This document shows, one piece after another, positions 49,568 through 58,635 of a stretch of DNA of 64,000 bases. The notes beneath the pieces are model-generated. The model had not been told where the DNA came from. It ran no database searches and was given only the letters and a program-made list of their open reading frames with translations. Numbering within the stretch: position 1 is the first letter of the stretch; the number at the start of each line of letters is the position of its first letter. A program made the translations under genes and the position numbers. The stretch is from positions 31,601 through 95,600 of the IMG/VR virus record IMGVR_UViG_3300009996_000006. One strand, 5' to 3'. Source of the DNA: a virus.

Positions 49568-49643
49568 TGGTGGGAAGAAGTGGATTTGAACCACTGACCT
49601 GTTCCTTTTCAGAGAACCACTCTACCAACTGAGTTATCGACCC
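49568..49643 (-). tRNA. tRNA-Phe(GAA)
   Basis: Cloverleaf, CCA. Confidence 0.85.
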
Positions 49644-49736
49644 AAACCGCCTTATAGCGGAGTTGTAGTAAACTATCTAAATGAATAGTGAGTTTCAACT
49701 ACCGTAATTATCACAACATTGTGCGATCTGTTTAAT

Positions 49737-49764
49737 AAGATAACATGAAATTTTGATTTGTCAA
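49737..49764 (-). promoter_or_regulatory. Promoter TTGACA-N16-TATCTT (TG extension)
   Basis: Motif match. Confidence 0.65.
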
Positions 49765-49792
49765 GCATTATTTCAAATTATTTTATTTAATT

Positions 49793-49869
49793 TGGTTGAC
49801 CGTATAGGACTCGAACCTATAACCTCGAACTTAAAAGGCTCTTGCTCTAACCAGTTGAGCTAACGATCA
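49793..49869 (-). tRNA. tRNA-Lys(TTT)
   Basis: Cloverleaf, CCA. Confidence 0.85.
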
Positions 49870-49875
49870 ATTAAT

Positions 49876-49950
49876 TGGGGGTAACTTCGGGACTTGAACC
49901 CTGATCTTCTCATTCACAGTGAGTGATTCTACCGTTGAACTAAAGCCACC
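49876..49950 (-). tRNA. tRNA-His(GTG)
   Basis: G-1/C73, CCA. Confidence 0.85.
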
Positions 49951-50047
49951 ATAAAAACCTGTTACCAAACTAGGAGGTTGTTATTAGATAACAGGTTAGA
50001 AAACTTATAATATAACTGAATTAACCAGTTGTTTTCTTATGTAACTA

Positions 50048-50075
50048 AGAATAGCATAGAAATCTAATTTGTCAA
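50048..50075 (-). promoter_or_regulatory. Promoter TTGACA-N16-TATTCT at head of tRNA cluster
   Basis: Motif match. Confidence 0.65.
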
Positions 50076-50100
50076 CATCACAATTGTAACAGTTTGTAAC

Positions 50101-50301
50101 TTACTTATCTTTTAATAATTCTCTTCTTTCATATTCGCTTAGAAACAATTGCACTCTAAGTTCATGGTTATACTGAATGTGACTATCTTGATAAGTTGTT
50201 CCATTATACACATCTGTATCTTCACTTGCAACTATACATTTTCTACAATATGTATCGTCACTATGACTATATAGAGGTGCATCACAAGCCTTACATCTCA
50301 T
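50101..50301 (-). CDS. Small Zn-finger protein
   Basis: MRCKAC...CRKC. Confidence 0.6.
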   Translation of the reverse strand: MRCKACDAPLYSHSDDTYCRKCIVASEDTDVYNGTTYQDSHIQYNHELRVQLFLSEYERRELLKDK

Positions 50302-50335
50302 TATTGTAATTTCCTAATTGGTTTTTGGTGTCTCC

Positions 50336-50425
50336 ATTACACCACGAGATGTGTATTTGTCAATAATTACATTGTTAATTTTTGTAAATGACTATGATTG
50401 ACATATAAAATATTAGTTCTATCTT
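50336..50425. promoter_or_regulatory. Back-to-back promoters (minus 50336-50363; plus 50398-50425) at the strand switch
   Basis: TTGACA-N16-TGTAAT and TTGACA-N16-TATCTT. Confidence 0.55.
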
Positions 50426-50435
50426 GATGTAAGAT

Positions 50436-50796
50436 AGTGGGTACATTCTTATTAAGGAATGCCTTTTTTTCATCTTTAATATCATATACTTACAAAATGT
50501 TTGTAAAAACTATTTTTATAAATTAGCACACATTATCAAAATTTACTATGTCTTCTAACAATTATTACAATAGTAATTATCATAAATAAATAAAAGTAAA
50601 AAGATATAATTCTTCTGAAATTTATTATTTTCTATTATTGTTATCATCAATAATAATTAAAAATATACTAAGTTTTAAGACAATAATTATGTGCTAAAAT
50701 AGCACAATAAAGTGGGTAGTTTATTATTAAGGAATGTGTTTTTTTCATTAACATAAACAATAACTTACAAAATGTTTGTAAAAACTATTTTTATAA
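50436..50796. repeat. Two ~86-bp imperfect direct repeats, 275 bp apart, with 34-bp identical palindrome-containing core; candidate origin
   Basis: ACTTACAAAATGTTTGTAAAAACTATTTTTATAA at 50488-50521 and 50763-50796. Confidence 0.8.
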
Positions 50797-50822
50797 TATA
50801 TAATGTCTGACTGTTAAATTGT

Positions 50823-51185
50823 GTGCTAACAAGGAGTAAGAAGTTGATTAGAGTTGTAAACAAACATTGGGATAGGGGAATGAATGGTGTCTATATTGGT
50901 AGACCTAGTTTCTTTGGTAATCCTTTCAGTCATTTAGATGGAACAATTGCAAAGTATAAAGTTAAAACAAGACAAGAAGCAATTGAGAAGTATAAAGTTT
51001 GGTTTGATGAACAAATGTTAACGAGTGAAGTTTTCAATAAGGAGTTTGAGAAACTGTATCAACAGTGGAAGAGAGATGGTGTATTATTCTTAGTTTGCTG
51101 GTGTAAACCACAAGCTTGTCATGGAGATTACATCCTTGAGAAATTAGAAGCTTACGATATTATTGTGGGTACAAGCTTTGACTAA
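50823..51185 (+). CDS. DUF4326 family protein
   Basis: VYIGRPS.FGNPF, L.CWCKP..CHGD. Confidence 0.85.
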   Translation: MLTRSKKLIRVVNKHWDRGMNGVYIGRPSFFGNPFSHLDGTIAKYKVKTRQEAIEKYKVWFDEQMLTSEVFNKEFEKLYQQWKRDGVLFLVCWCKPQACHGDYILEKLEAYDIIVGTSFD

Positions 51186-53481
51186 AAAGATTGAAATTTT
51201 AGATGGAATCATGGGAGTTGGTAAAGCCCTTCATAACAAATCAAAACTATACACTGTCGATGGTGAGATTGATATCGGTGATTGTTCAGTAGGTGATCTT
51301 ATTTATGGCGAAGATGGTGAATTACATGAGATTACTGGAAAGTATCCACAAGGTAAAAAAGATTTATTTAGGGTAGTTTTTAGTGACGGTTCTGAATCAA
51401 TTTGTTGTGCTGATCATTTGTGGAGCTATCAGCATCCTCACGACCGAGCTTCTGGTAGGGTAAGAACAAGTAGTTTGAGGGATATTATGAGTAAATCTCT
51501 ATATAAACAAACAAAGAAATGTAAGAATTGGCAATTCTTTATACCTGTGACAAAACCAGTGAATTTTGAGGGTGGTGATTTACCTATCAACCCTTACCTT
51601 CTTGGTTTATTGATAGGTGATGGTAGTTTTTCTTCTGGAGTTGGATTTACAAATTCAGAGTTAGATATACAGGAATCATTCGAGAAAATGGTATCTGATT
51701 ATCATAGTTATAGTATTGATTCAACCAAGCAGTATAGAATTAGGTCTACTGATAGTGTTTACCGAGATCTAAAAGAGTTATATGGGAATGGTTGCTTATC
51801 GAGAGACAAGTACATACCATTTGAATACTTAAGATCCTGTATTGATGATAGATATTCTTTATTGAAGGGTTTGATTGATACTGATGGTTATTGTACTGGA
51901 AATAGTTTTGAATACACTACAGCATCTGAAAGATTGGCGAATGACGTTAAATACTTAGCTGAGAGCTTGGGTGGTGTTGTATCCATGAGACTTAGGAAAA
52001 ACGTAACATATAGATTAAATGGTGTTAGTCACAATGCACTTGATTCATACAGATTGATGATCTATTTTAGCGACTTATCTAAAATATGTTCTTCAAATAA
52101 ACACTTAAGTAGAATTAGGAAAATGCAAAGACAACCAAGTAGGTCGATTAGGGAGATTAAACCATTTGGATATGATGATTGTACGTGTATTGAGGTTTCA
52201 AACCCAACAAAACTGTTTTTAACAGATAGTTTTATACCAACACATAACACAACATCAATTCTTAAATGGATTGACCAAAACCCCAATGAAAAATACTTCT
52301 ATGTTTCTCCAAACCTATCGGAAGTCGATGTCGATGGTCGTGTCCATAACAGCGTTAGTACAGTTGAGTTTATTTCTCCAAGCATTGACCAATACTCATC
52401 TAAAAGTGAGCATTTGAACGATCTGTTGGTGCAAGGTAAGAACATTGCCTGTACTCACAAGTTATACTTGAGTATGGATAACGCCAGTATGGAGCTAATC
52501 AAGGATCGCGGGTACACGGTAATTCTGGATGAAGAAATCAATGTAATTCAGAGTTACGATCATTATTCATTCTCTGATATTAAGTGGTTAATTCAACAAG
52601 GATATATTAGTGTTGATGAAAATGATGGTAGTGTTACTTGGCTCAAAGAGGATCATCTTCTGGATAGTTCGGATCACCGATATTTCTACTGCAAAAATTT
52701 ATGTGATAAGAAGTCTCTATACCTCACCAGATTCGATATTAACAGCGAGAAGGCAAAGAAGGTAATGATGGTAACACAAGTTCCTATTCGCCTCCTTGAG
52801 TGCGCTAAGCGCGTTGTGGTGATCACATATTTATTCAAGGGTAGTATCTTGGATAAGTTCTTGGCTTTGAAAGGTTTTGATGTTGTGGACTTTACTGATT
52901 TTGATTTACCAAAGGTTAAACCAAGCTCATTTAAGAGTCTTCTAACTGTTATTCCGCCTGATAAATCAATTGCTGACTTCGCAATGACATCTCGTTGGTG
53001 GCACAAAGATTTGAGTATCGATGGTGTTAGGAAGATCAACAATTACTTCCTTCGGGTGTCTAGACGTTATGCTGAGTCGAATAAGGATGTTCTTTGGACA
53101 TGCCCTAAAGATCGTGCAAAGGGTGTTAGTCAATCAAAAGGTTTGGTTGTTAATCCAATTGGGTTTGTCAACAGTGTGGATGAGTCTGGAACTAAGGTTT
53201 CTAACTGGTTAAGTGTACACACTAGAGCAACAAATATGTATGCTCATAAGAAAGTGTTAATACATGCCTATAATCGATTCCCATTGGTCGATGTTTCATC
53301 TTATTTGCAAGATTATGGTCATCCTATTGATAATAACACATTTGCCTTATCTGAGCTTGTTCAGTGGTTGTGGCGTGGGTGTATTCGCAATGGAGAACCG
53401 ATGGTTGTTGCAATGGCAAACAAACGTATGTATAATCTTTTGATTCGATGGTTAAATGATGAATTTGAGGGGGATGACTAA
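51163..53481 (+). CDS. SF2-like helicase/ATPase (possible origin-binding protein) with intein
   Basis: DGIMGVGK|TT, ILDEE, RATNMY, ELVQWLWRGCIR. Confidence 0.75.
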   Translation: MWVQALTKKIEILDGIMGVGKALHNKSKLYTVDGEIDIGDCSVGDLIYGEDGELHEITGKYPQGKKDLFRVVFSDGSESICCADHLWSYQHPHDRASGRVRTSSLRDIMSKSLYKQTKKCKNWQFFIPVTKPVNFEGGDLPINPYLLGLLIGDGSFSSGVGFTNSELDIQESFEKMVSDYHSYSIDSTKQYRIRSTDSVYRDLKELYGNGCLSRDKYIPFEYLRSCIDDRYSLLKGLIDTDGYCTGNSFEYTTASERLANDVKYLAESLGGVVSMRLRKNVTYRLNGVSHNALDSYRLMIYFSDLSKICSSNKHLSRIRKMQRQPSRSIREIKPFGYDDCTCIEVSNPTKLFLTDSFIPTHNTTSILKWIDQNPNEKYFYVSPNLSEVDVDGRVHNSVSTVEFISPSIDQYSSKSEHLNDLLVQGKNIACTHKLYLSMDNASMELIKDRGYTVILDEEINVIQSYDHYSFSDIKWLIQQGYISVDENDGSVTWLKEDHLLDSSDHRYFYCKNLCDKKSLYLTRFDINSEKAKKVMMVTQVPIRLLECAKRVVVITYLFKGSILDKFLALKGFDVVDFTDFDLPKVKPSSFKSLLTVIPPDKSIADFAMTSRWWHKDLSIDGVRKINNYFLRVSRRYAESNKDVLWTCPKDRAKGVSQSKGLVVNPIGFVNSVDESGTKVSNWLSVHTRATNMYAHKKVLIHAYNRFPLVDVSSYLQDYGHPIDNNTFALSELVQWLWRGCIRNGEPMVVAMANKRMYNLLIRWLNDEFEGDD
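51226..52248 (+). mobile_element. Class-3 intein with LAGLIDADG endonuclease (341 aa)
   Basis: Ala1, HLW, TCI, PTHN|T; LGLLIGDG, LKGLIDTDG. Confidence 0.9.
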
Positions 53482-54347
53482 TGAAGCCAATGTTGGCGAT
53501 TTCAGCATCTATTAATGATGTGACATATCCTATACTAGTTGGGGTTAAATACGATGGTATTCGAGCGTTGGTAATGAATGGTGTGGTGTTATCACGTAGT
53601 TTAAAACCAATTCCAAACAATTATGTTCAGAGATTGTTTGGAAAACCAGAATATAATGGGTTAGATGGCGAATTGATACTTGGTGATATTTACTCACCAG
53701 ATGTATTTAGAAAGACAACATCTGCGGTTATGTCGGATGATGGTGAGGAAGATATTAAATTTTATGTGTTTGACTCTTTCTGTAATCCTGAGTTAGAATA
53801 CTCAGGTAGAGTTGAATCACTGTCTAACTTATTTGAAACTGATCTAAATTTAATCGATGCTCGATCTATTTTGATTGATAATATTGATGATCTTCGCAAT
53901 TGGTTAGAATCTGAGCGACAAAAAGGTGGTGAGGGTTTAATCGGCAGGTATCCATCAGCACCGTATAAGTTTGGTAGAAGTTCTTTGCGATCTGGGTCAT
54001 TATTGAAATTTAAATTTTTTGTCGATGCTGAGTTTGAGGTGATTGGTTTTGATGAGCAATATGAAAATACCAATGAGGCAACAATAAATGAATTAGGTAG
54101 GACTGTCAGAAGTAAACATAAGGAAAATATGATCCCTAAGAATACACTAGGTAGTTTAGTTCTCAAATGGGAAGATAAAACTTTTCGTTGTGGGACTGGA
54201 TTTACCGATGATTTACGTCAGGAAATTTGGAATAATAGGGATAAGTATTTTGGATCTTTGGTTAAGATTCAATACATGGATGTCGGAATGAAGGACTTAC
54301 CAAGATTTCCAGTATTCAAGGGTTTTAGAAGCTTTTTGGATTTATAA
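53481..54347 (+). CDS. ATP-dependent DNA ligase
   Basis: KYDGIR, LDGEL, FYVFD, EGLI, LLKFK, PRFPVF. Confidence 0.92.
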   Translation: MKPMLAISASINDVTYPILVGVKYDGIRALVMNGVVLSRSLKPIPNNYVQRLFGKPEYNGLDGELILGDIYSPDVFRKTTSAVMSDDGEEDIKFYVFDSFCNPELEYSGRVESLSNLFETDLNLIDARSILIDNIDDLRNWLESERQKGGEGLIGRYPSAPYKFGRSSLRSGSLLKFKFFVDAEFEVIGFDEQYENTNEATINELGRTVRSKHKENMIPKNTLGSLVLKWEDKTFRCGTGFTDDLRQEIWNNRDKYFGSLVKIQYMDVGMKDLPRFPVFKGFRSFLDL

Positions 54348-54400
54348 TATGATGTTGCTCTTATTATAACGTTAATTAATTTATAGTTTTGAGGTAGATA

Positions 54401-54580
54401 ATGATTGTTAAATTAAGCGTGTATCGATCTTGGTCACAAGTTACTGTAATCACTAAAGAAGTAGATTTTGATGATAGTGATTGGGGGCAAAAGTTGATAG
54501 ATTTCGTTGGTTCAAATTGGGCTGATGTTAAGAAGTTTAAATTTAATGACGGTGTTAGAGCTGTTGAATGTAAGTGGTGA
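54401..54580 (+). CDS. Hypothetical 59-aa protein (not in ORF track)
   Basis: GAGGT RBS, ATG 54401, TGA 54580. Confidence 0.55.
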   Translation: MIVKLSVYRSWSQVTVITKEVDFDDSDWGQKLIDFVGSNWADVKKFKFNDGVRAVECKW

Positions 54581-54584
54581 TGAA

Positions 54585-54797
54585 TTGAGTCAGAGTAAAT
54601 TTTCATCTTTGGTTGAGAGTGCTATAAATACAGGGCTAGGTATAATCTTAGCTACTGTATTCACTCAGATCATATGCTTAGTCTATGATATTCCTTTAGA
54701 GGTTCATGATAATCTAATCATCACATTTTGGTTAACAATCATCAGCTTTATTCGACAGTTTCTAATTCGTCGATATTTTAATAAGAGGTTTTTATGA
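54585..54797 (+). CDS. Small membrane protein
   Basis: QSK..S..E...N...G; two TM segments; RR.FN. Confidence 0.6.
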   Translation: MSQSKFSSLVESAINTGLGIILATVFTQIICLVYDIPLEVHDNLIITFWLTIISFIRQFLIRRYFNKRFL

Positions 54798-55159
54798 GTT
54801 TCAAAAAAGAAGTGTCTCAATTGAGAAGAAAGTCTTTAATTCGTGATATGATAAAACATCAAACTGAGCCACCAGAACATAGCCCTTATGGCGCTAATCT
54901 TCGTCAAATCGTTGACGGTGTTTTGTGTACAAGTGAAAGACGTAAGTTAATGCGTATTTGGTTTATGCAGTTAGCACCATCTGGTTACGGTGGGTTTGTA
55001 CGTTTACCTGTCAATCGAAAGTGGCAATATCAAACAAATGATCCAGATTTATCTCATCTTTTATCAGTCGGTTATTTGAAAATTGGTCGATATAATAAAG
55101 GTAAAGGTAAGCGTTCTGGTTGTTATAATTCTTATCTAACTTTAAATCGGGAGGTTTAA
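54794..55159 (+). CDS. Hypothetical protein
   Basis: ORF with RBS, coupled to neighbours. Confidence 0.6.
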   Translation: MSFKKEVSQLRRKSLIRDMIKHQTEPPEHSPYGANLRQIVDGVLCTSERRKLMRIWFMQLAPSGYGGFVRLPVNRKWQYQTNDPDLSHLLSVGYLKIGRYNKGKGKRSGCYNSYLTLNREV

Positions 55160-55341
55160 TGAAACTCTATGTAATTTACGATGATGGTGATGGTCACAAA
55201 TATCTAATCCCACATGATGAATATGAAACGGTTGAGAATATTGAGGCAATCGGTGACGAAGATGCTCTACACGATCTATTGGGATCTTATGATACGCTGG
55301 AAGGTCAAGAATACTTTGTTGTATTAGCGGAGGATTTATGA
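55159..55341 (+). CDS. Hypothetical protein
   Basis: GGAGG RBS. Confidence 0.6.
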   Translation: MKLYVIYDDGDGHKYLIPHDEYETVENIEAIGDEDALHDLLGSYDTLEGQEYFVVLAEDL

Positions 55342-55730
55342 CTAATAAAGATAAACTTAAAGTTATTATTGCTGGTGGCAGGGACTTCACCGATGTTCAA
55401 TTTGGATTGAACGAGTTTCTAATATTTTCAAATGAAATAACACAAGAAATTGGTTTGGTTGAACCTTTTGCTAGGGTTATTAGTGGTGGTGCAAGGGGGG
55501 CTGATTTAGTTGGTGAGCGCATTGCTTCAATGTGTCACCTTCCAGTTGATAGATTTATACCAAATTGGGATACTCTTGGGAAAAGGGCTGGTTTTGTTAG
55601 AAATGCTGAAATGGCTGATCACGCAGATGCATTATTGGCATTTTGGGATAATAAAAGTAAGGGTACTGCTCACATGATAAAAATTGCTCGTCAAAAAGGT
55701 TTAATTGTGAAAGTGGTGATGTATGGATGA
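55338..55730 (+). CDS. SLOG-superfamily (DUF2493/YspA-like) protein
   Basis: IIAGGRDF, ISGGARGAD, AGFVRN.EM, AFWD..S.GT..MI. Confidence 0.85.
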   Translation: MTNKDKLKVIIAGGRDFTDVQFGLNEFLIFSNEITQEIGLVEPFARVISGGARGADLVGERIASMCHLPVDRFIPNWDTLGKRAGFVRNAEMADHADALLAFWDNKSKGTAHMIKIARQKGLIVKVVMYG

Positions 55731-56025
55731 GTTTAATAAAGTTGTTAGTCATTTTAGAAAACTTGGTTTGGTTGTTGTGATTGGTCTAGAGGATAAAGTA
55801 GAAGACAACCTAATCACTGTTAATTGTAGGAATTATTTAGAGAACCCAAGTGCTGTAGTTGGTAAAGAGGTTATGTTCGTAGTGGTTAATCCTGCTGTTA
55901 AATATCAACCAGACTTTAATCAAGATTTATTTATGTACTGCATTTCCAGAATTAGGGGTACGAAGACTTTAAATCGATATAGTCTTGATGATGGAACTAT
56001 TGTTGTTGAGGGTGGTTATGATTAA
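55723..56025 (+). CDS. Hypothetical protein (paralog of next ORF)
   Basis: Shared C-terminus. Confidence 0.6.
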   Translation: MDEFNKVVSHFRKLGLVVVIGLEDKVEDNLITVNCRNYLENPSAVVGKEVMFVVVNPAVKYQPDFNQDLFMYCISRIRGTKTLNRYSLDDGTIVVEGGYD

Positions 56026-56317
56026 GTCTATCGATGAAGCTGTTGCAAAATACAGAAATCGTCTTAATATTATTGTGCTTAGTAAAATACATGGTATTCC
56101 AAAAAGGAATGTTGTTTATACTTCTTATAATTTAGACACAACAATGTTTCTTGGTGGTGTTGAGGTTGGTTGTATTATCATCGAACCTCGACTGACTCTA
56201 GAGGATGATTTTAATTTTCAAACCTTAGAATTTCTATTTACCAGATTTAGGTGTGATAAAGTTATTCGATACCAGTTGGAAGATGGTTCAATTATTTATG
56301 AGGGGGATTATGATTAA
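56018..56317 (+). CDS. Hypothetical protein (paralog of previous ORF)
   Basis: Shared C-terminus. Confidence 0.6.
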   Translation: MIKSIDEAVAKYRNRLNIIVLSKIHGIPKRNVVYTSYNLDTTMFLGGVEVGCIIIEPRLTLEDDFNFQTLEFLFTRFRCDKVIRYQLEDGSIIYEGDYD

Positions 56318-57014
56318 ATTTATAAACGGTGACTCTTACCGCGACATTTATTTCGTTGGGGATATTCATGGTCAGAGGGATAAATTGATAAAACAACTCA
56401 CTGAGATGGGTTTTGATTTTGAAAAAGATCTATGTGTAGCTACAGGTGATTTAGTTGATCGCGGATCTCAGGGTTATGAAACAGCAATGCTTTTAAATGA
56501 AAGCTGGTTCGAATCAGTTCTTGGTAATCATGATCATTTCTGTGTTCAGGGTTATTTCGATTCTCGATATGAAAATGCACACAAGCAAGCTAATAATGGC
56601 GGTGCTTGGTTTTATGAGTTAGAGAACTCTAAGCAAGTAGAGTTAGTTAATCTCTTCTCCAATCTTCCATATCTAATTGAGTTAGAGAAAGATGGTAAGA
56701 AATATGGTGTTGTTCACGCTGATCTACCATACTACGATTGGGAAGTTGTAAAGAAGGCATTGATAAGCAATAAACCTGTTGTAACACCATATAGTAATAG
56801 GGATAGAGATATTAAAATGTGGTTGATCTGGGCTAGAGAGCTTGTCTACAAGAGGGGTTATGAAATTGCAAACATTGACCATGTTTTTATTGGTCACACA
56901 GCATTAAACAAGAAATTAACCGTTGGTAATGTGTCTTTTGTGGATAGTGGATCTGTTTACAATGACGGTGATTTATGTATTGTTCGGGTGTATGGTCGCG
57001 GATGTCATTCCTAA
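56310..57014 (+). CDS. Ser/Thr protein phosphatase (NinI/PphA-like metallophosphoesterase)
   Basis: GDIHG, GDLVDRG, GNHD, GHT. Confidence 0.9.
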   Translation: MIKFINGDSYRDIYFVGDIHGQRDKLIKQLTEMGFDFEKDLCVATGDLVDRGSQGYETAMLLNESWFESVLGNHDHFCVQGYFDSRYENAHKQANNGGAWFYELENSKQVELVNLFSNLPYLIELEKDGKKYGVVHADLPYYDWEVVKKALISNKPVVTPYSNRDRDIKMWLIWARELVYKRGYEIANIDHVFIGHTALNKKLTVGNVSFVDSGSVYNDGDLCIVRVYGRGCHS

Positions 57015-57106
57015 AATACATGATCTGTTATATTTCAGTTTATGTAGCGTTCATGATAACTATTGCTGTAGTTTCTAACTGATTACACAAAGTAACAATA
57101 ATGCAA

Positions 57107-57134
57107 TTGACAAACAACATTTCAATGGTATATT
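57107..57134 (+). promoter_or_regulatory. Promoter TTGACA-N16-TATATT (TG extension)
   Basis: Motif match upstream of 57173. Confidence 0.7.
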
Positions 57135-57172
57135 GAAACAATATTAATTAACAAGAGGGGTTTTATATCTAA

Positions 57173-57526
57173 ATGGCAGTTACACACAAGACTTTAACAG
57201 CACACAATCTACATAACTTATTCGTAGAGGTTGAATCCCTTTATGATCAAGGTTGGCGACTGAATAAGTCCGTAGCGGTTCGTCGTAGCTTAGGAAATCG
57301 ATATTCTGTTTCACTTGTCAAGGGTGAAGAAGATGTTGTTGAAAAGGTAGAACAAGTCGCACAGCCTGAAAGCACTCAGGTAGAAGTTGCTCAAGAGGAA
57401 GTTCTTAAAAAACCTTATCGCTCTAAGCAGAAAGCAAAAGAAAAAGTTGAAGTAGAGGTTGAGGCTTCTCAGGGTTCAACAGAGTCAAGTTCATCAACCG
57501 ATTCAGACTCAGGTAGCGGGGAGTAA
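57173..57526 (+). CDS. Hypothetical protein with low-complexity C-terminus
   Basis: ORF after promoter and RBS. Confidence 0.65.
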   Translation: MAVTHKTLTAHNLHNLFVEVESLYDQGWRLNKSVAVRRSLGNRYSVSLVKGEEDVVEKVEQVAQPESTQVEVAQEEVLKKPYRSKQKAKEKVEVEVEASQGSTESSSSTDSDSGSGE

Positions 57527-57545
57527 TCCCCCTTCGGAGATATAG

Positions 57546-57800
57546 ATGAAAGCTATTGGAAACAGTATCTTATTTCACTATGTTGATGAAAAAATCACAG
57601 AAGGCGGTATCTATCTTACACATGGCGTTGATGCAAATACAACGACAATTGAAGCTACCGTCCTCAGTGTTGGTCAAGATGTGAAATATGTAAAATCTGG
57701 GGATAAAGTTCTAATCCCTAAGTTGATGAAAACACCAGTTGATATGGAAAATGGAATCTATACAACATTAGAACATCAGGTTTTAGCAATTCTCGATTAA
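57546..57800 (+). CDS. GroES-like co-chaperonin
   Basis: TEGGIYL mobile loop, VLSVG..V..VK.GDKV, E..VLAIL. Confidence 0.8.
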   Translation: MKAIGNSILFHYVDEKITEGGIYLTHGVDANTTTIEATVLSVGQDVKYVKSGDKVLIPKLMKTPVDMENGIYTTLEHQVLAILD

Positions 57801-57818
57801 TAAATCATAGGAGGTGAT

Positions 57819-58625
57819 ATGGCACGTGGCGGATCTAGAAAAACTAGAGAACAACGTATTGTAGATAATTATAACCATTTACAAAAAGAAGAAAGTAAGA
57901 GGAATGAAAGCTCTTATCAAGCCAAGAAAGGTAGTCAATATTCTCTAAACAAGTTCAAGCTGGAAGGGAAACACAAAGAAATCTCAGAGTCGATGTATAA
58001 CATGGAAGCAACCATTATTCAGGGTGTTTCAGGGGTTGGTAAAACAACTGTTGTTGTGCAAACAGCATTGAAGATGCTTGGTGAAAATAATGGTTATGAT
58101 CGAATCATCTTCATTAAAAACCCAACAGAGTCAGGTGATGACAAGATTGGATACTTGAAGGGTGATGAGAATGAAAAGCTTCAAGCTCACTTTGAATCAA
58201 TGCGAAGCGTCTTCCTTGAGTTTATGAGTGTTGGTGCTTTAGAGTCCGCTGAGAAGCATGGAAACATCGAGTTTCTAATTCCAAACTTCGTTCAAGGTCG
58301 AACATTTAAAAATTGTATCATCATTGTAGATGAAGCACAAAATATGTCACCTCCAACATTGAAGTTAGTAATGGAGCGTAGTGGTGATGAAGCTAAGTTA
58401 ATTGTTCTTGGGGACAAGGCACAGACTTATGCTGTTGATAAACGAGCAGACGGCTTCACAGACTTTGTTCACAGAATTACTAACATTGTGACAGAAACAG
58501 ACGAAAATGGTGTTGATAAACAGAAGCGCGTTTCAAAAGAGGATTTATTCCACTACATCGAGTTAGATAGTTCGATGAATAAACGTAGTCCGTTATCTAA
58601 ACGAGTAACAGAAATTTATGCATAA
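57819..58625 (+). CDS. phoH: PhoH-like ATPase
   Basis: GVSGVGKT, IGYLKG, QGRTF, DEAQN, GD..Q, RS.L. Confidence 0.88.
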   Translation: MARGGSRKTREQRIVDNYNHLQKEESKRNESSYQAKKGSQYSLNKFKLEGKHKEISESMYNMEATIIQGVSGVGKTTVVVQTALKMLGENNGYDRIIFIKNPTESGDDKIGYLKGDENEKLQAHFESMRSVFLEFMSVGALESAEKHGNIEFLIPNFVQGRTFKNCIIIVDEAQNMSPPTLKLVMERSGDEAKLIVLGDKAQTYAVDKRADGFTDFVHRITNIVTETDENGVDKQKRVSKEDLFHYIELDSSMNKRSPLSKRVTEIYA

Positions 58626-58635
58626 CGGAGGTTAT

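Noticed and set aside
50436..50796. CRISPR array
   Set aside because: Only two repeat copies 275 bp apart and no cas genes.
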